64,000 nucleotides of DNA from a virus. Where the stretch lies: IMG/VR virus record IMGVR_UViG_3300022902_000004, positions 62,268-126,267 of that record; one strand, written 5' to 3'. Made by a program: the position numbers and the translations under genes. Below are positions 34,138-42,363 of the stretch, piece after piece (the stretch's first letter is position 1; each line of letters begins with the position of its first letter). The notes under the pieces were generated by a model that had not been told where the DNA came from, searched no databases, and was given only the letters and a program-made list of their open reading frames with translations.

Positions 34138-34235
34138 GATTCACCCCCGGTAGTTGTTCACGTTGCAGGTATTCATCCCCGGCAACATATACATTATATC
34201 ATGAGCAGGACAGTTTTACACGTTGTGGATGCAAT

Positions 34236-34562
34236 TCATCCGCATGCATAATCTGACGACCTATAATCCTCGTCACAGGTACCATAGTTACGAAGTGCCG
34301 TTTCGGCATAATCATATATGGCGTCGTCCGACATTCCGGCCTTGTCCAGGAGATACATAGCTTGCCGGTGCTGATCGTCGTACTCGTCGCCTGTGATGTT
34401 AACCTCGTTGGCGAGATGTTCGAGGGCTTCCTGGTATCCTGGATCATTATTCATCGCGGCAGGGTTCTCAGAGTGCACAACTAAAACACGATATGGACCA
34501 CTTAGTTGGTCTTCTACAGATTCTCGGATCAGTCGCCGGAGCTGGTTTTTTGTAATTTTCAT
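34236..34562 (-). CDS. leader-family small acidic protein A
   Basis: N-terminus MKITKNQLRRLIRE, then a unique acidic body. Confidence 0.45.
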   Translation of the reverse strand: MKITKNQLRRLIRESVEDQLSGPYRVLVVHSENPAAMNNDPGYQEALEHLANEVNITGDEYDDQHRQAMYLLDKAGMSDDAIYDYAETALRNYGTCDEDYRSSDYACG

Positions 34563-34951
34563 GTGGCGTTTCTCTTCGGTGTAGGTTGCTCGGTATGGAT
34601 GTGCCAGTCACGATATTCATCCGCTGACATATCATCGTCATCGTAGTCATCACGTTCGCCGGTGTAACCGAATGTGTCAACAATCCACTCAGCGTTTTCA
34701 GTCGCTGTTTCTTCATCAGCACCTGCACCTTCAAACGCGCGTGCTATGTCCATGACATGTGCGGTGTAGTCGTCGTTGGCGAACATGACAGCCAACGCCG
34801 ATGCCGCCTCTTCAGATTCCGGGGAACCCTGAGTGGCAGACATAAAGTTATATGTGTGCGTACGCTCGTCATCTTCATCATCTCCAGGCATCATATGTGG
34901 CATTGTCTGCTCTCGGATCAATCGTCGAAGCTGGTTTGGCGTGATTTTCAT
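34559..34951 (-). CDS. leader-family small acidic protein B
   Basis: N-terminus MKITPNQLRRLIRE; 4-nt overlap with A. Confidence 0.45.
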   Translation of the reverse strand: MKITPNQLRRLIREQTMPHMMPGDDEDDERTHTYNFMSATQGSPESEEAASALAVMFANDDYTAHVMDIARAFEGAGADEETATENAEWIVDTFGYTGERDDYDDDDMSADEYRDWHIHTEQPTPKRNAT

Positions 34952-34954
34952 TGT

Positions 34955-35305
34955 TTATTCCTCAAAGAATTGGTGAAAGATTTCTTCTGCCTGCCATGCG
35001 TCATCTTCATCAAAACCCATGGCCTCTGCTAGCTCCTCTAGCACACCTTCCCAAGATTGCCCCCAGGAAAGCCGACCGTCTGTTCCGACTTGACCGTAGC
35101 CCATCCCACGACCTCCGCTGAATTCGCCTTCATCTTCATGGCGCTGAAATTCTTTGACGATATAATCTACGACCTCAGGCTGAAGACTTAATTCGCGGGC
35201 TTTGGCGTGGGCCTCTTGCGGTGTCATAGCCCGGTCGGATGATGTTGTGTAGCGTGAAACTTGCTCACGAATTAGTCGACGTAGTTGGTTTTTTGTAACT
35301 TTCAT
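34955..35305 (-). CDS. leader-family small acidic protein C
   Basis: N-terminus MKVTKNQLRRLIRE. Confidence 0.45.
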   Translation of the reverse strand: MKVTKNQLRRLIREQVSRYTTSSDRAMTPQEAHAKARELSLQPEVVDYIVKEFQRHEDEGEFSGGRGMGYGQVGTDGRLSWGQSWEGVLEELAEAMGFDEDDAWQAEEIFHQFFEE

Positions 35306-35324
35306 TGTTTCCCTCGTTGTTCCT

Positions 35325-35861
35325 CTAAATATCTGACAACTTCACAGCATGAGTTTTAATTACGAAAATCAAATATTTCATCAGTGCTGTCGCATCATCC
35401 TCAGACAATTCGACTGAAACATCACGCCAGGAAGACGACGAGAAGTTACGGCCCCCTGTATACCCAAGAACACGACCATCCTTCTTCTTAACGAGAAAGG
35501 CCTTGAGGTGGTGACTTTGTGTCAGGAACCAGGAGACATTCGGCCATGCATCGAAATGGGCATTATTCCTTGCGTCCCTCTTCTTGGATTTTGCAATGCA
35601 ATGTTCACAATCAGGAGTACAGATGATCGGGTCGCTCTCTGAGAGCAGGAAAATCACCTTCTTACCTTTATTTGACAAACCTAGAATCTTCTGGGGACGA
35701 CGATCAAAACTATACTTAGCTGCCGTGTTCTCACCGGTGTCTGAGATTCCAGCGTACATTCCATACGTCGAAATCATGATCGTTTCGGTGTCTTCCTGGG
35801 ATGCCTCCCAAAGAATTGTGTCCCAGTATTCTTGGCTGTCGGTAATCATTACTTTTTCCAC
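35325..35861 (-). CDS. hypothetical protein (178 aa), weak PLD/HKD-like segment
   Basis: HHLKAFLVKKKDGRVLGYTGGRNFS is loosely HxK..D..G.xN. It is not convincing. Confidence 0.35.
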   Translation of the reverse strand: MEKVMITDSQEYWDTILWEASQEDTETIMISTYGMYAGISDTGENTAAKYSFDRRPQKILGLSNKGKKVIFLLSESDPIICTPDCEHCIAKSKKRDARNNAHFDAWPNVSWFLTQSHHLKAFLVKKKDGRVLGYTGGRNFSSSSWRDVSVELSEDDATALMKYLIFVIKTHAVKLSDI

Positions 35862-36379
35862 GGGATTGTGCGGGCATCCTGGGTGTCGAAATCATACACG
35901 TAAACTTCGATGCCCTTGGCGATCAACTCTTCATTCACGATTTTCTCAATCTCTGACCATTTGCCGCCAGCCAGACCACAACCAATTCGAGGCATGTGAA
36001 CTGAGGCATGCATGACACCTGCATATGCAGCAACCTTTGATAAGCAGGAAGCTAAGGCATCATAACGAATCGGCGGGATGGCATCTTTCGTAAAGATGCC
36101 ATGCTGTGCAATCATGTTTACGACCGTGATTCCGTCAGATGATTCAACATATTGAACTTCGCCCAGACTCAGACGAGGCTGGCCTAGATGAGCTTCAGGA
36201 GGGTTTCCTTGATACCAGCTTCTGTACGCAGTTTCTGCAGCAGGATGTTCCTTCGATAAAGACAGGACAAATCCGCGGCCCCACCCGCCAATATCGTTGC
36301 AGATATGCGTGATTAGTTTCGTGCCTTCACCGATTGGTTTTGTGGCGTCGCCGTTGACATACTTGATTTCATTTTTCAT
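35849..36379 (-). CDS. macro domain protein, TARG1/OARD1-like (ADP-ribose / ADP-ribosyl-hydrolase family)
   Basis: GDATKPIGEGTKLITHICNDIGGWGRGFV and SVHMPRIGCGLAGGKWSEIEKIV match the TARG1 signatures (HCISEDCRMGAGIA; DLSMPRIGCGLDRLQWENV). Ends with EVYVYDFD. Confidence 0.8.
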   Translation of the reverse strand: MKNEIKYVNGDATKPIGEGTKLITHICNDIGGWGRGFVLSLSKEHPAAETAYRSWYQGNPPEAHLGQPRLSLGEVQYVESSDGITVVNMIAQHGIFTKDAIPPIRYDALASCLSKVAAYAGVMHASVHMPRIGCGLAGGKWSEIEKIVNEELIAKGIEVYVYDFDTQDARTIPWKK

Positions 36380-36656
36380 TCTCTATTACTCCTAATTCAT
36401 ATTTCGCGAAGGGTCTTTTGTCTTTATCTTCTTCAAAGAAAAACCATTCCATCCGATCGTGAAATTGTAATGTTACATATTTCGCATCGGGATCTCGTAT
36501 TACCCCTGAGCACAATGCTGGGCCTCTGTCATCACGATCACACCTATATGTTGTTTGACCGTGATAGCTCTTCGATGATAGCATAAGCTGGGTGAGCCTT
36601 ACTAGATCGCCCTTCTTTGGCATCCTTCCGATGATGTTTACCCATTTTTGCGACAT
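36369..36656 (-). CDS. hypothetical protein (95 aa)
   Basis: ORF in array. Confidence 0.3.
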   Translation of the reverse strand: MSQKWVNIIGRMPKKGDLVRLTQLMLSSKSYHGQTTYRCDRDDRGPALCSGVIRDPDAKYVTLQFHDRMEWFFFEEDKDKRPFAKYELGVIENEK

Positions 36657-37267
36657 TACATCTCATCTCGTGGGCCGTCCCAGCCGCGATAATAATCTAG
36701 GGCCTCTTGCATCACCTTGTCATAAAAATCGTTCTTCGTCATCTCCGGCCAGCCTTCCTTTAGGGATGCAGCCATCCACCCATCAAGGTTCAGTGCCAAT
36801 CCCTTTGCTGCGTACGCGGCGAAAGATGTAATTGAGGCTTCCCTGGCTAACATGCTCCAGGATGACGTTTTGTAATAGCTGAACCCGGCCACGAAGAAAC
36901 CAGTTTCGAGCTCAAACTCCTCGTGCTTCTCAACGTAGAAGTTGTCCAGGTGGTAACCCCAGACGATCCTTCCTTTCTTTGGAACGAATACACCATGGCC
37001 ACCCATGTTGTGCATCTCGCCGATGTAAAGAAGTGTCTCCCCTGTTTTCCATGGGTACGAACTTGCGTAACCTTTGGGAGCACAGAAAACCACGGCGATG
37101 TTCTTGGCGGCGGGATATTTCTGGACATAGTCAGCCAGGTTTGTCATCTCATTTTCAATAAACTTTCGTGTTTGTAGTTTCATGATTTTTTCCGTGATGG
37201 GACACATACGCTCTTGTGGATCCATGGGCGTTTCCTGCCATGTTTGAGACGAAGATATGCATCCCAT
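36656..37267 (-). CDS. hypothetical protein (203 aa)
   Basis: ORF in array; no motif recognised. Confidence 0.4.
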   Translation of the reverse strand: MGCISSSQTWQETPMDPQERMCPITEKIMKLQTRKFIENEMTNLADYVQKYPAAKNIAVVFCAPKGYASSYPWKTGETLLYIGEMHNMGGHGVFVPKKGRIVWGYHLDNFYVEKHEEFELETGFFVAGFSYYKTSSWSMLAREASITSFAAYAAKGLALNLDGWMAASLKEGWPEMTKNDFYDKVMQEALDYYRGWDGPRDEM

Positions 37268-37404
37268 TTATCAGCTATTTCATAGACCTCGCCGGCGTAT
37301 AAGTCAACAACAACCCTGCCGGCTTTATTACGACCACCGATCACAAAATCCGGGCTATCAAGTCCTGTTGGATCCACAATCATGATTTTGTCACCGATTT
37401 TCAT
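37180..37404 (-). CDS. hypothetical small protein (74 aa)
   Basis: ORF; overlaps the 5' end of the preceding gene, so one of the two starts is probably internal. Confidence 0.25.
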   Translation of the reverse strand: MKIGDKIMIVDPTGLDSPDFVIGGRNKAGRVVVDLYAGEVYEIADKWDAYLRLKHGRKRPWIHKSVCVPSRKKS

Positions 37405-38669
37405 TTATCAAGCCTCCAGCAAACGAAGGTGCCGAAGCGAAGCGAACCATCCTCCGTCTCTTCCTGGTATCGACATTCTGCAGTCATGCCCAGGAAATCG
37501 TCTTTGTTATTCCAAATCTCGACACGTTGTTCGTCATCGAAACCAGAACCAATTTTCACCTCGACACCATTGTGGTCGACCCACACAGCGCCAAGTTTTC
37601 CAACATTCTTGCCGGTTCCTTCCTTGAAACCGATGACCTCAAGATCGATGTCGATGAAGGACTTCACCTTCAGCATGTCATGTGAGCGACCGAACTTGTA
37701 GACGGCGTCTGGGCTTTTGACCATGGCACCTTCGAAACCCAGCGATTCCCAATGGGCTTGATGTGATGCGATTGCATCCATTGACTTTTCAACTTCCTGT
37801 TGCTCGATGAGGAAGATGTTGTCAGAACCAACGTTGTCGAACAGTGATTCAAGCCACTCACGACGCTCCCGCATTGTTGCGACACCTTTTCGATTGTCCC
37901 ACTCTTCCAGGGTGACATAGTCGAAAATGGTCAGGTACGATTTCGAAACGTTGGCACCGGTTTGGCGACGGTATTGACGCATCAAAGCAGTGAAATCTTC
38001 ATCCATAACCTCGCCGTCGTACACACCCTCCGGCCACGTCGCCAATTGGGCGCCGATGGTATCATCGAAATTGCTGATTCGTTTACCTGAGCGGGCATAC
38101 GATTCGCATGCGCCGTCCCGTACGATTGAAAGCAACCGGATTCCATCAAGCTTTGGCTCAAGGAAAACGTTCTTCGGCATCTTCTTGGCTGTTTTCTCGT
38201 TCCACTTGTCCGCAAGCTGGACTTTGAATGTCGTGATGAGCCCGGGAAAGACCTTGTTCGTGGTCGTTCGTGCGATACCAACGGCCGATTTCTTCTGAAT
38301 CAGACGGCGCATCCAGTACTCATCTTCTGGGGTGACCTGAACCAGCACGTTGCAGATGGCGTCGCGGGCTGCGTTGCCAGTAAGCTCTCGTGCCTGGCAC
38401 ATTTCCAGCACGTTGAAAAGCAGCTCCCAAATTTCGGCATCGGTCCGTGGGTGTTTCACGTCAATGCGAAGGTTAATCTTCGGAACCTTCTTGACCCAGA
38501 ATTGAATCGACTGGTCAAGGCTCAGCTTCAAAGCACGCTTCAGTGTCTCGTTGTCGCCGTTGGCTCGTAGAATGTCCAGTTTGGCATTTGTGCCTTTGGT
38601 TTCATTCACTGCATTCAAAATATCTGTAACACGCATTAGTTGACCTCTTTGTATCGTCCCCGGGAACAT
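37401..38669 (-). CDS. ATP-dependent DNA ligase
   Basis: Adenylation motif I is FLEPKLDGIRLL (KxDG). The nucleotidyltransferase is followed by an OB-domain, and the protein is 422 aa long. Confidence 0.85.
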   Translation of the reverse strand: MFPGTIQRGQLMRVTDILNAVNETKGTNAKLDILRANGDNETLKRALKLSLDQSIQFWVKKVPKINLRIDVKHPRTDAEIWELLFNVLEMCQARELTGNAARDAICNVLVQVTPEDEYWMRRLIQKKSAVGIARTTTNKVFPGLITTFKVQLADKWNEKTAKKMPKNVFLEPKLDGIRLLSIVRDGACESYARSGKRISNFDDTIGAQLATWPEGVYDGEVMDEDFTALMRQYRRQTGANVSKSYLTIFDYVTLEEWDNRKGVATMRERREWLESLFDNVGSDNIFLIEQQEVEKSMDAIASHQAHWESLGFEGAMVKSPDAVYKFGRSHDMLKVKSFIDIDLEVIGFKEGTGKNVGKLGAVWVDHNGVEVKIGSGFDDEQRVEIWNNKDDFLGMTAECRYQEETEDGSLRFGTFVCWRLDK

Positions 38670-38696
38670 GTTTATTATACCACAACGGGACGTGTT

Positions 38697-39113
38697 TTAC
38701 ACGTGCGATACAACAGAACCATCAGGATAAATGATCCAAAGCATTTTCTTGACCTTTTTTGCATACCGAATTGTTGCCCATGTACCTGACCCACGCCACT
38801 GTTCTACCCATCCATCTGGGAACGCAAACATCATTTCGCTCTCGTCAACGATGTCGTGGTTCCTTGCTAGCGGACGTTTTTCTTCATGAATCGTGGCTGC
38901 CCAAGAATGAGCTCTTGCTCCTGGAAAATCGCATGGCCTGATTGTGATCTCATGGCCTTTTTCGACGGCCAACATATGTGCTTCTGTGTCTGCACCATGA
39001 CAATCACCGTGAATCAAATGACAAAGTTTGGGGTACCGTTCAAGCAGTGTGAAAAACTTTTGATACTGTTCGTGTGACATGCCTTTCCTTGAACCGGTCA
39101 TGCCATATTTCAT
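38697..39113 (-). CDS. SLOG-superfamily (DprA/LOG/YspA-like Rossmannoid) protein
   Basis: GMTGSRKG...CHLIHGDCHGADTEAHMLAVEKGHEITIRP matches GxTGxR ... HGxxxGAD. Confidence 0.4.
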   Translation of the reverse strand: MKYGMTGSRKGMSHEQYQKFFTLLERYPKLCHLIHGDCHGADTEAHMLAVEKGHEITIRPCDFPGARAHSWAATIHEEKRPLARNHDIVDESEMMFAFPDGWVEQWRGSGTWATIRYAKKVKKMLWIIYPDGSVVSHV

Positions 39114-39349
39114 TACGGCGCCTCAGAGCATTCGCATCGCTTAATTTTCAATTGCTTGGTCCGGGAGAACAATTTCGCCCTGTACTTCCCACATGAGGAG
39201 CACTTTCCGCAGGTGACGCAAACAGGCTTACCACCCTTTCCATTGCACTTATAGCATGAGGCACAATTCAATGTGAACCCAGATCCTGAGCATGTTGCGT
39301 CTTCATCCAGGGGTGCAGCACACCTGTAGCATTGTTCGTTCTTAATCAT
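39113..39349 (-). CDS. small Cys-rich zinc-ribbon protein
   Basis: Multiple CxxC pairs (CYRCAAP, CASCYKCNG, CVTCGKCSSCGK, CECS); start trimmed to an internal Met. Confidence 0.35.
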   Translation of the reverse strand: MIKNEQCYRCAAPLDEDATCSGSGFTLNCASCYKCNGKGGKPVCVTCGKCSSCGKYRAKLFSRTKQLKIKRCECSEAP

Positions 39350-39632
39350 TTTGTTTCTCCAGCTTCTTATCATTTATCACATCGAACCATGCAATTTGGC
39401 ATGTCGGGTAATCTTCAAACGTCCAGATTTCGCCGTTTATTAGCAAGCTTCCGACGCCGTCATGTATTGGTGGCTGTACACATAGCCCAAACTTCACATG
39501 TCCGCCGGCGATTATAATCTCATATCTTATCAAATCACCAGTCTTTGGGATCTGGTTGAGTTTTATCCTAGCATGGTTCACTCTCATCCCCTGCCCATGA
39601 AACCACTGTTTGACGGGCTTCATGGGATTCAT
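39342..39632 (-). CDS. hypothetical protein (96 aa)
   Basis: ORF in array. Confidence 0.3.
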   Translation of the reverse strand: MNPMKPVKQWFHGQGMRVNHARIKLNQIPKTGDLIRYEIIIAGGHVKFGLCVQPPIHDGVGSLLINGEIWTFEDYPTCQIAWFDVINDKKLEKQND

Positions 39633-40048
39633 TATTTAACTTCCTCAAACCATTGCTCAGCACTGTTGTCTCGGACGAAACCAAACTTGGTACCGCCGGC
39701 CAGCAAAATTTCGCCTGCCATGAGGTTTTTCGGATCGTATTCATTCAAAATCAGGCCCGGGATTGGTTCATCATTCATCGGATGACAATAATTCACCATC
39801 ATGCCCTTTCTCGGCACGACTTCGAATCGTACATGAAGTGTTGCCAGCTGCTCAACGGCATCAGCAAGAAGCTCTGCGTCGATTTCGTCGGCTATCTGCT
39901 GGGCTACTATGCTTTTTATGGCATCTCTTTTTTTCAATGTTTCGGATAATTCCTCGGGCGTGTCCTCCTCAACAGCGGTCCACTTCATCTTTAGCTTTCG
40001 AGGCTTAGAAGAACCTTGTACTTTGGTTTCAAACCCGGGAATCTCCAT
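39632..40048 (-). CDS. hypothetical protein
   Basis: ORF; start trimmed to an internal Met to avoid overlap with the protease gene. Confidence 0.35.
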   Translation of the reverse strand: MEIPGFETKVQGSSKPRKLKMKWTAVEEDTPEELSETLKKRDAIKSIVAQQIADEIDAELLADAVEQLATLHVRFEVVPRKGMMVNYCHPMNDEPIPGLILNEYDPKNLMAGEILLAGGTKFGFVRDNSAEQWFEEVK

Positions 40049-40049
40049 C

Positions 40050-40673
40050 TTACTTATCCTCGTCGCAGTTGTGAAACTCGAAGTTGACATCGACGCTAAC
40101 TGTCATTTTTGGGATGCAGATATGGTTTGCAAGGTTGTGCTTCTTAGCCTCTTTCGGCGTGAAGAACCAGTCTGCACCTCGTTTCTTCCTGCTAAGCTTC
40201 TTGAAGTAATCGTCCTTTTGACCGCAGTTTCGTGACATCATGGTGTACAGCATCTTATCAAGGCGTTTGGCTTCTTTCGTGCTAACTTTCATTTCTTCAA
40301 TCTTGCCGACGGCCCATGACGAAACATCATGAATCAAATATGTCGCATCAGGTGAGCAAAATCGCATGCCTTCAGCCCCACACGATGCCAAAGCGGTGCC
40401 GCATGACATCGCCTTTCCAAGCACGATTGTCGCGACGGGCACCTCAGAGGCTTTTATCGTCGAGACCATTGATGTCAGCGAATATACTGCCCCACCGTAG
40501 CTATCAATCACGACAGGGATGACAGGCTGACCGGTCAACTGTGCTTTCCCCATATCCTCGGAGAACTTCTTGGCTGCTTCCTCATTGAACTTGTTGACAT
40601 ACACAATCACGGGCTCATTCTTGAGAACCGTCTCTGATTTCAGCAAATTACTCACTACTTTTTTTACGAACAT
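40050..40673 (-). CDS. ClpP-family serine protease (S14/S49-like; candidate prohead protease)
   Basis: IPVVIDSYGGAVYSLTSMVSTIKASEVPVATIVLGKAMSCGTALASCGAEGMRFCSPDATYLIHD aligns with ClpP [48 protein letters not shown]...RFCLPNSRVMIHQ. The catalytic Ser (MSCG) and His (LIHD) are present. Confidence 0.75.
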   Translation of the reverse strand: MFVKKVVSNLLKSETVLKNEPVIVYVNKFNEEAAKKFSEDMGKAQLTGQPVIPVVIDSYGGAVYSLTSMVSTIKASEVPVATIVLGKAMSCGTALASCGAEGMRFCSPDATYLIHDVSSWAVGKIEEMKVSTKEAKRLDKMLYTMMSRNCGQKDDYFKKLSRKKRGADWFFTPKEAKKHNLANHICIPKMTVSVDVNFEFHNCDEDK

Positions 40674-40990
40674 TCTTTTCTCCTGATCAAATCTGTGAAA
40701 TCCCTAACGCGGCTAAATCCACCGAAGGTCTCATATTTCCAATTCTCACCAAGAAATTTGGCGATGGTTGCATCATCTTGGGTCAATGCCCTAAAGTGCC
40801 ACCTGTTTTCAGCATATGTGTCACGAACCACATAACGACTTGGCTTTCGTAACTGGGCAATCGCAAGATGCGTTTCTTCAGAAATGATAGACATAATCCT
40901 GTCCTCATGATCATCAGCGCTTGTGTTTTCCCACCTTGTGTAGAACTTTTGCATATCAGTCATCCTCGTTGTATTTGTACTCATATTCAA
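40664..40990 (-). CDS. hypothetical protein (108 aa)
   Basis: ORF in array. Confidence 0.3.
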   Translation of the reverse strand: MNMSTNTTRMTDMQKFYTRWENTSADDHEDRIMSIISEETHLAIAQLRKPSRYVVRDTYAENRWHFRALTQDDATIAKFLGENWKYETFGGFSRVRDFTDLIRRKECS

Positions 40991-41282
40991 GATGAAATAT
41001 CCCTGTCGAGGGTGCTGTCATGGGTTGAACAGAACAAATATCTTTCGCGGTCATGTGCAAACTCTTTCGCTTGGCGGTAAGTGCCTCTTGGGCTCCCTGC
41101 TCTGTTTTGTAGAACCGGTTCTTCCATTTCACTTTCTTACCGTCGAAAAGCAACGTTCGGGTCTCGGCATCGACAATTAGCGCAGAAAATGAACTGTATT
41201 GCATGAACGGGGCGTTGATTCCCAATGTCCAAATCAGATCTCCAGTTTTGAACTCATATTCCCTTGGCTCATTTTCCTTCAT
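40956..41282 (-). CDS. hypothetical protein (108 aa)
   Basis: ORF in array. Confidence 0.3.
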   Translation of the reverse strand: MKENEPREYEFKTGDLIWTLGINAPFMQYSSFSALIVDAETRTLLFDGKKVKWKNRFYKTEQGAQEALTAKRKSLHMTAKDICSVQPMTAPSTGIFHLEYEYKYNEDD

Positions 41283-41481
41283 TTTGCTTCTCCAGAAAAT
41301 GGAACGTGTCCGCTACGATCTTACGATAGTTTTGGCGTGTCAAAATCGGCCGATTACTGAATGTATGGCAGTTTTGAGTTGTGCATTTTGGGCACACGTA
41401 ATGATGAATACCATTCATCCCTTGTGTACTGGCAGGCTGCATTATCAATTCGCACTTATCGCAAACAGGCGGTCCCAACAT
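41269..41481 (-). CDS. small Cys-rich protein (70 aa)
   Basis: CDKC...CPKC zinc-ribbon-like. Confidence 0.3.
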   Translation of the reverse strand: MLGPPVCDKCELIMQPASTQGMNGIHHYVCPKCTTQNCHTFSNRPILTRQNYRKIVADTFHFLEKQNEGK

Positions 41482-42361
41482 TTTCCTCTCCCTCTATGTC
41501 AGTCTCATCAACGACATCGAACTCATCATTTGTACATGATTCGTTCATTGTAATTTCATCGCCGTCTTTGTGTCCCATTTTGTACCAACGCTGGTCATTT
41601 GGGTTTCCATCGCTTGAACCGACGACATATATTCCAGTATATACAGAAGTGCCTGTTTTTTCACCGTCTTCGTTGGTTAGGGAACCTTCCGGCCAAAGTG
41701 TGGCACCCCGGAAGCATTCAGAGCCTTCCTTGAACCATGTGTCCGGCTTGGCGAAGTATCGGCGCTTGAACATGAAGTCAACCGTCTCAGAGGTTTCAGA
41801 TGTTTCCGCGGTGCAACCATCGTCTGGGCATACCCAATCGACCTGCATCTCATAAATCCCTGGACAGGTATACAGGCAACCCGTGACCTCGATCACCTCA
41901 CCGAATGCAGAGTATCCTGCTTCATCAGGTTTTTTATGCCTTACAATGTCGCCCTGCGCAAACTCATGCTGTGTATACAAATGCTTGATCCCTTTTGAAA
42001 CCTGTTCCCAGGTAAAAAACAGTGGGCAGTTATTCCAGCGTTCGTAGTCTTCGGCGACTGCGAACTCGTTTTGACTCTTATCGAATTGAACAAACACACC
42101 ATTGGAGATTGGAAACTGGGCTGCTGTAACGACAGTTCCTTTGAGCCAAATATAATCATGTGGTCGATGCCGGAATCCATTTCGACCACCCGACCAGTCG
42201 GCCTTCAATGTCCATGCGAATGGAAGTATTCTTACTTCATCACCTTCCTTGATATTGTCTACTGTTGGCTCACCGATTTTAGGCAAAACCTTAGGAGGTG
42301 CCGGGTGGGTCGAAGGACCAATTCGGGCCCTCGCTTTGGCAAATATTTCTTCGTTCGTCAT
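41456..42361 (-). CDS. hypothetical protein (301 aa)
   Basis: Long ORF; Cys and Trp rich; no motif recognised. Confidence 0.45.
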   Translation of the reverse strand: MTNEEIFAKARARIGPSTHPAPPKVLPKIGEPTVDNIKEGDEVRILPFAWTLKADWSGGRNGFRHRPHDYIWLKGTVVTAAQFPISNGVFVQFDKSQNEFAVAEDYERWNNCPLFFTWEQVSKGIKHLYTQHEFAQGDIVRHKKPDEAGYSAFGEVIEVTGCLYTCPGIYEMQVDWVCPDDGCTAETSETSETVDFMFKRRYFAKPDTWFKEGSECFRGATLWPEGSLTNEDGEKTGTSVYTGIYVVGSSDGNPNDQRWYKMGHKDGDEITMNESCTNDEFDVVDETDIEGEENVGTACLR

Positions 42362-42363
42362 GA

